DNA of 63,655 bases, counting the filler, from Reclinomonas americana ATCC 50394 (lineage: Eukaryota): NCBI GenBank assembly GCA_048213135.1. It is 4 parts of 3 records of this genome, joined end to end, with 100 filler letters (N's around TTAATTAATTAA, not from the genome) between each part and the next. Parts side by side here need not be neighbours in the genome. Positions count along the whole stretch, not along the records: positions 29,958 to 58,338 come from PS015594.1; positions 58,439 to 63,655 come from PS015601.1; 2 more parts are not named here. One strand, written 5' to 3'. Below are positions 52,401 to 63,655 of this stretch, piece after piece. Below the pieces are notes generated by a model that made no database searches, had not been told where the DNA came from, and saw only the letters and a program-made list of their open reading frames with translations. Made by a program: the position numbers and the translations under genes. How positions within the stretch are numbered: the stretch's first letter is position 1; each line of letters opens with the position of its first letter.

Positions 52401-55254
52401 GAAGAGTGAGGCTTTCAAGCATGCCACCAGCCATGCTCACCTCCTTCTCCGTCTCCAGCTCCGATACGAGTTCACGAGCCAGTTCGTGGTAATGTACAAT
52501 CGGTGGCACATCCTCATCGAGCGCGCGCTTTCCATTCATGTCCATGACAATGCTGTGCGCCGCAACAACTCACCCGTCAGCTGACGCAAGATAAACTCTT
52601 TTGCACTCGCCCACGCAACTCCATGTACATGTCGTCGTAGACGGATTTGAGACTCTTTTCCATGCATGTGGTCAGCTCGGCCTCGATGCGATCGCTGTTG
52701 ACGCAAGTGTTAGTTTCTTCCCGCGTTCCTTTTTTCTCACTTGGCACGCAACGTCTCTCCATTGACCAACGACGCCAAGTCCGTGTACAGTCGGTAACTG
52801 CGATTCAGCTGCGCCGGGTTTTCCGAGAAGAAGAGGCGGTGGTCGGAGAGCACCTCCAACACAGCGTCCACCCCCTGTCTCCACAGGAATGACCAGCGGC
52901 GATTGCTCGTGATTGCTGTGAAGCCTCGGAGGGGTGAGAAGGGATGAGGGACAAATGGACAGAGTGAAGAGTGGCAAACAAAACCGTCGGGGAGGGCGTC
53001 GGCGCCAGGGAAGAAGCAGGTGAATGATTTCTCAGCGGCGCTGAGGGGTCGTTCGGAGGCTTCGCGCTTGTAGAAGATGGCGCAGGCGGACACAATGCTG
53101 CAGAGGGGGGAAGTGAGGGAAGGAGGAAGAGGGGAGAAAAGAGGGAAGGAGAAAGAGAGAAGGAAAGGAGAAGATGGAGCGAAAACGAGGGAAGGAGGAA
53201 GGGGGGAAGATAGGGGGAAGGGAATGAGCGTGGGAGAAGCAGAGGGAAAGTGAGGGGAGGAGGAAAAGGGATGAAGAGGGGAAGAAGGAGGAACAGAAGG
53301 GGGAGGGAAGGAAGTAAGCGTGGGGGAAGCAGAGGGAAAGTGAGGGAAAGAGGAAGAGAGAAGGAAGGATGAAGAGAGAGAGGAACGGACGACTGTGTGA
53401 GTGAATAAAAGACGCGAGTTATTGAGTGACTGATAGAGACACCAAATCAACAGAGTGTATGAAGCGAGAAAAGACAGAGCGGAGAACGAGATACAGGAGT
53501 GGGAAGAGGAGAGGGCGAAGTAAGTGCATCAAGGAGAACAGAGAAGAGACGGCGGGCCAAAAGTGAGTGAATGAGTGAGAAAGAAGCAGAGCATGGACGA
53601 GGTAGAGAGTGAGACAGCCTTAATGAAAAATAGTGACGATGAAAGAGCAAATACAGGGAAGAGACAAAGTGGATGAAGAGAAAGAGAAATGGAGAAGAGA
53701 GAGAGCCAGAGAGCACAGTGACTGAGCAAGAGAGATGGGAAGGGTGAGTGGGAAAGAGAGAGGGAAAAGTGTGTGAGAGGGAGAGTAAATGAGAGAGTGA
53801 AAGAGCACCGGAGAAGGGCGGTGGAAGAAAACGAGAGTGAATGGGAAGAGATAAGTGCGTGCAATGAAGCCATTCCATCATTCTGCCTCACACATCCTCT
53901 CCTTCCCTTTCCCTCCCTTCCCCTTTATCTCCTTCTCTGCTCTGAGTGCCACCGTCATACGCAACGCAATGTTGTGCTGATTGTCGTCGATCTTAAGCGG
54001 CTGCGCCAGGCACTGTCGGATGCCGGTCCAGTACGCAAATTGAGCGGATTCGAGCAGATCGTCTGCACATCAATGAGCGACACCGTAATAAAGGCGAGGA
54101 ACCCGACATCAAACCACACACCATTGTCCACAATCGGCATTGTCAAGTCCATCTCGTCGAGGAAGCCGAGCGTCAGCAAGTGCAGATACAGCGAGTGACC
54201 GAAACGACCACCGAGCCACGGTGCTGCGATGACACGCGTCCCACGTGAGCGAGAAAGCACACCCACTGTCGGGAAGCAGGCCACCGACGCAACTGTTGAC
54301 AAAGGAGTCGCCGACGGTCGACAGGTAGCCGAGGAGGACAAAGAGGTTTTTGATTTTCGCAAGGTACGCGGCGTTCGCTGCGGAATGAGGGCGATGAGAG
54401 AAGGGAGATAGGAGGGCACGAGAAAAAGGAAGGGGAGAGTACGGCAGATGAAGAGGAAGGGGAGTGAACGGCAAGTGAAGAGGAAAGAAAAGAGAGTACG
54501 GCAAGTCAGAGAAAAAGGGAGTGTACGGCAAGTGAGAGAAAGGGGAGTGTACGGCAAGTGAGAGAAAGGGGAGTGTACGGCAAGTGAGAGAAAAAGGGAG
54601 TGTACGGCAAGTGAGAGAAAAAGGGAGTGTACGGCAAGTGAACGGAGGGGGATAGCGGAAAGCAAGGAGAAGGCAAGACACAAAAGAGAGAGTGAGAGAA
54701 TGAAGACAGAAAGACAAATCCGAGGGCGAAAAGCGGAATAGGGAGAGAAAGAAAGGTAGGTGAATGGACCACATAGTGATGAAGCATGAGGGACGGTGAA
54801 AGTATGACGCGGAATGAAGAGATAGAGAGGCGGACGGCATTAACAAGTGCATTCAGCGACACGAACACACAAGGACAATCAAGGAGCGGACGAGGAGAGC
54901 AGAGACCATAGAGGTGAACTCTCAGAGCCTAAGATGGGAGAGCGAAGAGAGCAATGAAAGACATCAAGCTCTCGCGCGTGACGCGACGAAGACAGCAGAG
55001 AAGCAGGACAACCAAGGTGCGGACGAGGAGAGAAGAACCCCAAAGAGGTGAACCGCTGTTTGCAATAGAGACGAAGAGGGACAAGTCCCAGAGGCAAGGG
55101 CGGGAGAGCGAAGAGCCAGAAGAGACAGAGGGAGATGGTGACACAGACACCAAGCACTCGCGCGCGACGCAACGAAGACGACCACTCTGCAGCGTCTCCA
55201 GCAAATCCCTCGCCTGCGTGCTGAGACCCTCCACGCCACCGCCTTCCTGCTCAC
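49496..55254 (-). CDS. Munc13-like MUN-domain protein (PATROL1/DUF810 type), multi-exon, 5' partial
   Basis: Motifs RAIEQDNWDP, SAVHIFTEINQT, VCVRINNLEY, VNFDLRHQFIDKLY, EGLDWILFEDGRSF..DSVTLAEDLGVLKRHF and the C-terminal TVYRVLLSRKSCKKARKYVKK resemble plant PATROL1/UNC13-like MHD1-MHD2. Confidence 0.75.
54430..54640. repeat. ~26-bp intronic minisatellite (GGGAGTGTACGGCAAGTGAGAGAAAA)n
   Basis: About 8 tandem units. Confidence 0.85.
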
Positions 55255-55466
55255 TGCATCAGTTCAACCAGNNNNNNNNNNNNNNNNNNNNNNNNNNNNN
55301 NNNNNNNNNNNNNNNNNNNNNNNNNNNNNNNNNNNNNNNNNNNNNNNNNNNNNNNNNNNNNNNNNNNNNNNNNNNNNNNNNNNNNNNNNNNNNNNNNNNN
55401 NNNNNNNNNNNNNNNNNNNNNNNNNNNNNNNNNNNNNNNNNNNNNNNNNNNNNNNNNNNNNNNNNN

Positions 55467-55749
<283 letters not shown>

Positions 55750-57076
55750 CACATCGCCACCTGCCTATCTGTATCTGTACACAGTGTAATGAAGTAACAA
55801 CTGTTTATACTACACAACAACACGTCTTCATTGTCGCTCTCCCCGCATTTTCTCATCATGATCAGCAGCAGCGGTGCCTCGAGCTCCTCCTCCCACTCAT
55901 TACTATTTACACGCGCCTTCGCCGCCACTTTTCTTCTCCCACGCTTCGTCCTTGTCTTCAGATGCCGCGCCCATGGTCGCGTAAAGCACGAAATGAGCTG
56001 CACAGAGAGACATGAGCGCAAGTTCACATCTCAAATCCGTTCTTGCACAAAAAGGNNNNNNNNNNNNNNNNNNNNNNNNNNNNNNNNNNNNNNNNNNNNN
56101 NNNNNNNNNNNNNNNNNNNNNNNNNNNNNNNNNNNNNNNNNNNNNNNNNNNNNNNNNNNNNNNNNNNNNNNNNNNNNNNNNNNNNNNNNNNNNNNNNNNN
56201 NNNNNNNNNNNNNNNNNNNNNNNNNNNNNNNNNNNNNNNNNNNNNNNNNNNNNNNNNNNNNNNNNNNNNNNNNNNNNNNNNNNNNNNNNNNNNNNNNNNN
56301 NNNNNNNNNNNNNNNNNNNNNNNNNNNNNNNNNNNNNNNNNNNNNNNNNNNNNNNNNNNNNNNNNNNNNNNNNNNNNNNNNNNNNNNNNNNNNNNNNNNN
56401 NNNNNNNNNNNNNNNNNNNNNNNNNNNNNNNNNNNNNNNNNNNNNNNNNNNNNNNNNNNNNNNNNNNNNNNNNNNNNNNNNNNNNNNNNNNNNNNNNNNN
56501 NNNNNNNNNNNNNNNNNNNNNNNNNNNNNNNNNNNNNNNNNNNNNNNNNNNNNNNNNNNNNNNNNNNNNNNNNNNNNNNNNNNNNNNNNNNNNNNNNNNN
56601 NNNNNNNNNNNNNNNNNNNNNNNNNNNNNNNNNNNNNNNNNNNNNNNNNNNNNNNNNNNNNNNNNNNNNNNNNNNNNNNNNNNNNNNNNNNNNNNNNNNN
56701 NNNNNNNNNNNNNNNNNNNNNNNNNNNNNNNNNNNNNNNNNNNNNNNNNNNNNNNNNNNTTAGTGGTGGCTGGTGGAATTCAAACAGCAGCACAGCTGCA
56801 TGAATAAGTGGCGCCAGGAACTGAGATATCAGGGAAACAATGCGAGAAAAGGTTGTGGTGAAGATCGCAGTTCTCGACTTGTTCGGAGCTCCGAGAGCGA
56901 ACACACACACATGAAAGCTGCTGTCTCAAGATTGGTGTCTGTGTTGATGTTTTGGATACGTTTGTGTTAGAGAGAGAGTAGCGAACACTAAGTCGAGGAT
57001 ACCCTGACGATTGTGTCCTCTCCTTTCGGTTCGCTTCTGTTGGCTTCCTCTCTTCGGAGAGCAAGCCACCTGGTCG

Positions 57077-58338
57077 CTACTCCACTGTGGTGATCATTGT
57101 TTTTGTTGAATGAATTGTTGTTTGTTGTTGTTCGAAATGCCGAACCTGCATGAACGACCGCATTGACGACGGACTCGATCGACATGGAGAAGCTCTGTGG
57201 CTGCAGCTCGAGGCAAGCACATTTTCGCGTTTGCTCTCGGAAGTCGGGAACTGCGATCCGCATCGCGTGATCCCACGCGGTTGCTGGTGATCGGCACGGA
57301 CAAGACGGTAGAGATGTCGCTGAGCAGTGGGGAGAGTGTGCCAGAGACGACGCAGGCCCACCGAGCCGCCTGCCTCATGTGCTACGTGCACCCCAACAAC
57401 CGGCTGTTGGCGAACCTGCGAGGCTGAGAGCAGGAATGGCAGAAGGAGCGATGCAAGTGACCGTGGCCAATGTCGTCCTTGCCGACTGACAGCATGCCCG
57501 CAGCTGCACTCTGGATAAAGAACTTGGAACGTCATAAGTCCGATGGCTGCTGCTTTTTTGCGCTTGTCGACAGCAAGCACTCGGCACGTGAGTAACGGCC
57601 GTTGTCCAACTGTTGCAGCATTTTGCTCACGTCACCTGGCAGCGTGCAGAAGCACGTCACTCCGCTGCAACCGTTGTCTGGATACACAGCATTCACGCAG
57701 CTTCACCCCGAAAGAGCAGACGAGTTAGTCCGATTGTTGTCACCTGCTGTTCACGTCAGTTGACAGCGCTCCTCACACATAGTGAGTGAAGTGTACCACT
57801 CCGCAATCATCTCTGCCACCCTTAACTGCCGAACCACATCCGGATCCTTCACTCGGAACGACCGGTGGTCATACACACGCACACACACACACACATACAA
57901 AGAGCCTCTGCAACAGACAGAGAGGGGGAAAAGGGTGTCCCTCTCACAGTTGATCATTGACGATGAATCTGCAAACAGCACGTCAGTTTTCAAATGCACG
58001 ACGCCTGCGTGGCAGTGGGCAGTTACGTACCGATTGCCCTCGGATTGCTTGCCGCAGTAGACGTATCTGTAACCACACGTGAGAGATTGGTGCAATGGAA
58101 CAACACACCGCACACCACAAGACCTTGTGTATCCTGCAAAATAAACAAACCAAGTCAGACACCGATTTTCTTCCCTGCTCTATACTCACACGACATCCAC
58201 TCACCAAAGTACGCGCCCGGATCCGCACCACCCTCCTCGCTCCCGTCTTCCGCTCGTCGCGGTGGGGCAATGGATGAGGCTTGAGCGGCGGCGGCGGCGG
58301 CAGAGGGACTGGCGGGTGCGCCAGATGCCGAGGCAGCG
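57077..58338 (-). CDS. Probable multi-exon gene of unknown function (frame unresolved)
   Basis: GC-rich segments bounded by minus-strand GT/AG sites (e.g. DVSKMLQQLDNGRYS, VTTIGLTRLLFRGE). No family recognised. Confidence 0.3.
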
Positions 58339-58438
58339 NNNNNNNNNNNNNNNNNNNNNNNNNNNNNNNNNNNNNNNNNNNNTTAATTAATTAANNNNNN
58401 NNNNNNNNNNNNNNNNNNNNNNNNNNNNNNNNNNNNNN

Positions 58439-58790
58439 AGAGTCTCGCTTCTTCGGTGCGGTCAGTCGCTGTCACTCCCGACGGCAAGCACATTGTCGGT
58501 GGGTGCTTGGGCAACTCCGTTCGTGTGTGGTCTTTGGCAAGTGGGGAAGAAGTGCGACGACTGGATGGACACACTGGTTCGGTGTGGTCTGTCGCCGTCA
58601 CTCCCAATGGCAAGCAGATAGTGAGTGGGGGTCGAGACTGTACCGTACGTGTGTGGTCGCTGGAGAGTGGCGAGGAGGTGCGACGGTTGACGGGTCACTC
58701 CCGGGAGGTGTGGTCAGTCGCCGTCACCCCCAATGGACAGCACGTCGTCAGCGGCGGCTTCGACAAGACAGTGCGAGTGTGGTCGCTGGT
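58439..58790 (+). CDS. WD40 repeat array fragment (42-aa near-identical repeats)
   Basis: LDGHTGSVWSVAVTPNGKQIVSGGRDCTVRVWSLESGEEVRR, LTGHSREVWSVAVTPNGQHVVSGGFDKTVRVWSL. Confidence 0.92.
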
Positions 58791-61700
58791 NNNNNNNNNN
58801 NNNNNNNNNNNNNNNNNNNNNNNNNNNNNNNNNNNNNNNNNNNNNNNNNNNNNNNNNNNNNNNNNNNNNNNNNNNNNNNNNNNNNNNNNNNNNNNNNNNN
58901 NNNNNNNNNNNNNNNNNNNNNNNNNNNNNNNNNNNNNNNNNNNNNNNNNNNNNNNNNNNNNNNNNNNNNNNNNNNNNNNNNNNNNNNNNNNNNNNNNNNN
59001 NNNNNNNNNNNNNNNNNNNNNNNNNNNNNNNNNNNNNNNNNNNNNNNNNNNNNNNNNNNNNNNNNNNNNNNNNNNNNNNNNNNNNNNNNNNNNNNNNNNN
59101 NNNNNNNNNNNNNNNNNNNNNNNNNNNNNNNNNNNNNNNNNNNNNNNNNNNNNNNNNNNNNNNNNNNNNNNNNNNNNNNNNNNNNNNNNNNNNNNNNNNN
59201 NNNNNNNNNNNNNNNNNNNNNNNNNNNNNNNNNNNNNNNNNNNNNNNNNNNNNNNNNNNNNNNNNNNNNNNNNNNNNNNNNNNNNNNNNNNNNNNNNNNN
59301 NNNNNNNNNNNNNNNNNNNNNNNNNNNNNNNNNNNNNNNNNNNNNNNNNNNNNNNNNNNNNNNNNNNNNNNNNNNNNNNNNNNNNNNNNNNNNNNNNNNN
59401 NNNNNNNNNNNNNNNNNNNNNNNNNNNNNNNNNNNNNNNNNNNNNNNNNNNNNNNNNNNNNNNNNNNNNNNNNNNNNNNNNNNNNNNNNNNNNNNNNNNN
59501 NNNNNNNNNNNNNNNNNNNNNNNNNNNNNNNNNNNNNNNNNNNNNNNNNNNNNNNNNNNNNNNNNNNNNNNNNNNNNNNNNNNNNNNNNNNNNNNNNNNN
59601 NNNNNNNNNNNNNNNNNNNNNNNNNNNNNNNNNNNNNNNNNNNNNNNNNNNNNNNNNNNNNNNNNNNNNNNNNNNNNNNNNNNNNNNNNNNNNNNNNNNN
59701 NNNNGAATGATCTGCGTCGATCATTCGCAGTGAGACGCACATGCACAAACACAAAGAACGACCACACACATGCACAAGCACACGAATGCATGCACAGACA
59801 CCAACCACGCAAAAGTGCGCATACATTCACACCTTTGTTGCCATTCTCCGTGCGTGTGTGTGTGTGTGATTTGCTCGCTCAGGGTTGTCACTGGTTCCCG
59901 CCTTTCTTCTCCCGCCTTGCTCCGAGAAGTCCCGCATCCCTCGCCAGGCTGCAGCCAGCACCCCACACAGCATGCGGTAGTGTGTGAACGATGTGGCTTC
60001 GTTGATGCGTGTGGGCGATTTGGGCACAATGGACATGCAAGGTCGAGGTGGTGACACGAGGTTGGCGCTCCATTGCATCGAGACCGGCCAGCATTCTCTG
60101 CCAACGAGGATTCGAATGTCGGGCTGCTTGGATATGCAGCTGTGGTCCAGCTGTGCTGAAGCCACAGCACAACACACTCGAGAATCCAATGAGCAGCGGG
60201 TCAGCGACACCTCACCTCCTTGGATCGGCCCACAGCGAAGTTGAGGTGAGACAATAAAGAAATAGAGCCACGCGGAACAGAAGAGCAGCGACCAGCACAG
60301 CAGCACAGCGATGGAAGAGGCAGCTGTGTCGTGAGACTCGCCTCCCTCTCACTGAAGTCACAATCAATGCCTCGTGACTTCAATCACACTCACAGTCGGT
60401 CGGTGCATCGTCTCATGCATGTACTGTGACGCACGAAACCACGTGTCTTCGCATGCCAGTCACTTGCCAGCACGCCTGTGTTCATGGCACACACCGAACT
60501 GAGTCAGTCGATCTCCGAAACTCACCAACTTCTTCCTCAACGCAGATGCAGAACACGCACGCACCATGCATGTGTTGCTGGCCGAGCGTGTGTCTGCAGT
60601 CTCCCATGGCCATCATCTTTGTCACTCGGCAGAAACAGCAACAGCCAAGGCGCGCACATCATAGATCTGCTCCGACTCGCCAGCCGGGATTGAATACGAT
60701 CCACCGACCAGGCCACCAAATCGCACATCACGGCACGCGCGCATGTGTACATCCTCCCAGCCACGCCCTCCATGGCTGCATGACCTGCATGAATGATGTG
60801 AGTGGGAGGGAAGGAGGAAAGAGAGATCACGCCGAACAAGTCCACCTGCATCGTGCATGATGGGATGCGGATGGGGAGCTGAGTGAGGTGACAGCCGGTA
60901 GCGGGCGATGCACAGCACGCCTGCAATCATTACTGAACAACGAGGGGGACCTGCCCCTAAGGTGCCTGCATGTCGGTACACTGTGAGCGAAAGAAATGAG
61001 GAAGGAGAGAGAAATCTGCTCTGTCTCACTGACAAACACACCGATCAGCGCCTGATACCAACACACGGGATTGGTCAAGAGGCAAGCCAAGGGATGCTCA
61101 CACAACCATCCTGCAAGGGAGAGAAGGAGCAGAGTCAGTATGCAGGTATGCCACCTCACGCACTTCGGTGTCGGGAAGCTCACCATGATGGACAGGCAGG
61201 ATGGCAATCGGAAAACGGTAAGCAGACCAGCATGCTCGGCCCCGAGCGTGTGCGGGAAGGGAGGGGTGGATGACTGGGGAAGCAGATGAGTGTACAAAGG
61301 AGGGAGACGATGGAGAGAGACAGAGACTCTGTAAGGGAGAAAATAGGGGAGAGCGGAATGACAGGCATTTTTCAGAACCGGAAAGAGAATGTCCGCGGCA
61401 CATAGGCACAATGGGAATCAGAGTAGCGGTGCCAAGGAAGTGTGCAAAACAAGAAGCGAGGAAACAATCATCGGTGATTCGCTCTCATGAGGCACGTACA
61501 TCAGCGACGAAAGATGCACGCACAACAGACATCACAACGAGGGGAAAAGAAATCACAGACTCCCAAGCGATTTATCGAGTTTGCACACACAAATGGAGGT
61601 GAGAAAGAGGCAAGCATGCAGAGGAAGACGTGCTTCACTACCTCTCTCTCACTCACATGATAGGGCAACAAGCACAGAGAACAATTCTGCATTATCCACG

Positions 61701-61835
61701 TCGACTTCTCTCCTCTCGTCTGTCATCTCTCTTCCCCCACCTGCATCCCGCATGATCACCCACTCTCCCTCGCAGGTCACGAACAACAACTCACAGTTAC
61801 CAGCAGCCAACTCTCCCTCCCTCCGACTCACCCAC

Positions 61836-62227
61836 TCAGCACCGGAAAAGAACGACCTCGGCATCCTCGACGATGAAACAGCGCAGAACCAGCTCGGGAA
61901 GGCATCGTGAATCTACTTCATCCTCCTGCATCTCCTGCACAGCCCCCATGGCCGAGCGCGCAGCGTCGAGTTCAAGGCGAGCAAGACCACGCGGCGTCGA
62001 CCACACTCGTACCGTCCCGTCAATGCCACCCGCACTCACAATGTGCTGACCGTCGGGAGAGACGGCCACACACGACACCCATTCTGTGTGTCCCTTCAAC
62101 CGTCGCACTTCCTCGCCACTCTCCAGAGACCACATCCGCACGGTGCAGTCCCCGCTCCCGCTAAAACTGTACTGACCGTTGGGAGAGACCACCACAGACC
62201 ACACCGCACCAGTGTGTCCCTCCAACC
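61836..62227 (-). CDS. WD40 repeat array, last repeats plus unique downstream region (may splice on into 59700-61000)
   Basis: LEGHTGAVWSVVVSPNGQYSFSGSGDCTVRMWSLESGEEVRRLKGHTEWVSCVAVSPDGQHIVSAGGIDGTVRVWS followed by non-repeat sequence. Confidence 0.88.
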
Positions 62228-63066
62228 NNNNNNNNNNNNNNNNNNNNNNNNNNNNNNNNNNNNNNNNNNNNNNNNNNNNNNNNNNNNNNNNNNNNNNNNN
62301 NNNNNNNNNNNNNNNNNNNNNNNNNNNNNNNNNNNNNNNNNNNNNNNNNNNNNNNNNNNNNNNNNNNNNNNNNNNNNNNNNNNNNNNNNNNNNNNNNNNN
62401 NNNNNNNNNNNNNNNNNNNNNNNNNNNNNNNNNNNNNNNNNNNNNNNNNNNNNNNNNNNNNNNNNNNNNNNNNNNNNNNNNNNNNNNNNNNNNNNNNNNN
62501 NNNNNNNNNNNNNNNNNNNNNNNNNNNNNNNNNNNNNNNNNNNNNNNNNNNNNNNNNNNNNNNNNNNNNNNNNNNNNNNNNNNNNNNNNNNNNNNNNNNN
62601 NNNNNNNNNNNNNNNNNNNNNNNNNNNNNNNNNNNNNNNNNNNNNNNNNNNNNNNNNNNNNNNNNNNNNNNNNNNNNNNNNNNNNNNNNNNNNNNNNNNN
62701 NNNNNNNNNNNNNNNNNNNNNNNNNNNNNNNNNNNNNNNNNNNNNNNNNNNNNNNNNNNNNNNNNNNNNNNNNNNNNNNNNNNNNNNNNNNNNNNNNNNN
62801 NNNNNNNNNNNNNNNNNNNNNNNNNNNNNNNNNNNNNNNNNNNNNNNNNNNNNNNNNNNNNNNNNNNNNNNNNNNNNNNNNNNNNNNNNNNNNNNNNNNN
62901 NNNNNNNNNNNNNNNNNNNNNNNNNNNNNNNNNNNNNNNNNNNNNNNNNNNNNNNNNNNNNNNNNNNNNNNNNNNNNNNNNNNNNNNNNNNNNNNNNNNN
63001 NNNNNNNNNNNNNNNNNNNNNNNNNNNNNNNNNNNNNNNNNNNNNNNNNNNNNNNNNNNNNNNNNN

Positions 63067-63655
63067 ACTCCCGATGGCAACCACATTGTTGGTGGATGCA
63101 TGGACAACACGATTCGAGTGTGGTCTCTGGCGAGTGGAAAAGAAGTGCGACGACTGGAGGGACACTCTGGAAGGGTGTGGTCTGTCGCCATCACCCCTGA
63201 AAATCAGCACATTGTGAGTGGAAGTGGAGACCGTACCGTACGTGTCTGGTCGATGGCAAGTGGAGAAGAAGTGCGACGGTTTGAGGGACACACCAATGCG
63301 GTGTTGTCTGTCGCCGTTACCCCTGATGGTCAACACATTGTGAGCGGCAGCAGCGACAAGACTGTACGGGTGTGGTCACTGGCGAGTGGGGAAGAGGTGC
63401 GACGGCTGGAAGGACACACCGACACGGTGCGGTCTGTCGCTGTCACCCCTGATAGTCAGCATATAGTGAGTGGTAGCCACGATAACACAGTGCGAGTGTG
63501 GTTGCTGGCGAGCGGGGAGGAAGTGCGGCGGCTGGCGGGACACACTGGATGGGTGATGTCAGTCGCTGTTACTCCAGATGGTCAGCACATCGTAAGCGGG
63601 AGCGGGGACAACACAGTGCGGGTGTGGTCGCTGATGAGTGGAGACCAAGTGCGAC
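63067..63655 (+). CDS. WD40 repeat array fragment (about 5 repeats; runs off the window, absent from the ORF track)
   Basis: Translated by hand: ..LEGHSGRVWSVAITPENQHIVSGSGDRTVRVWSMASGEEVRRFEGHTNAVLSVAVTPDGQHIVSGSSDKTVRVWSLASGEEVRRLEGHTDTVRSV..LAGHTGWVMSV.. Confidence 0.93.

Noticed and set aside
59705..61800. Further exons downstream of the minus-strand WD40 array
   Set aside because: Several frames are open but none has a recognisable motif or a resolvable splice path, so no call was made.

Overview
Gapped draft scaffold from an intron-rich unicellular eukaryote (GC-rich exons, CT/GA-microsatellite-rich introns, standard genetic code, artificial TTAATTAATTAA linkers). I rebuilt the spliced genes by hand from GT-AG junctions that restore conserved motifs. 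Genes found: a membrane-anchored YHYH protein; a P-loop STAND (NB-ARC-like) NTPase, probably fused to C-terminal TPRs (NLR-like); a divergent beta-propeller protein; two tandem ankyrin/coiled-coil paralogues, one carrying an IRAK/Pelle/RLK-like kinase; a fascin-like beta-trefoil protein with four tandem exon-intron cassettes; a long low-complexity protein; a 26-exon 4CL/luciferase-like acyl-CoA ligase ending in a PTS1; an RGS-domain protein; a Munc13/PATROL1-like MUN protein; a polyubiquitin fragment; and near-identical WD40 repeat arrays. The most striking signal is that many frame-verified introns use a 5' splice site shifted by one nucleotide (GT-T-GCGT, GTTTCGT, GTTGAGT, GTTACGT), alongside 7-17 nt micro-exons. 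The second is a set of innate-immunity/allorecognition-like architectures (STAND-TPR, ANK-Pelle kinase, hypervariable WD40). All family calls come from motif recognition, not database searches.
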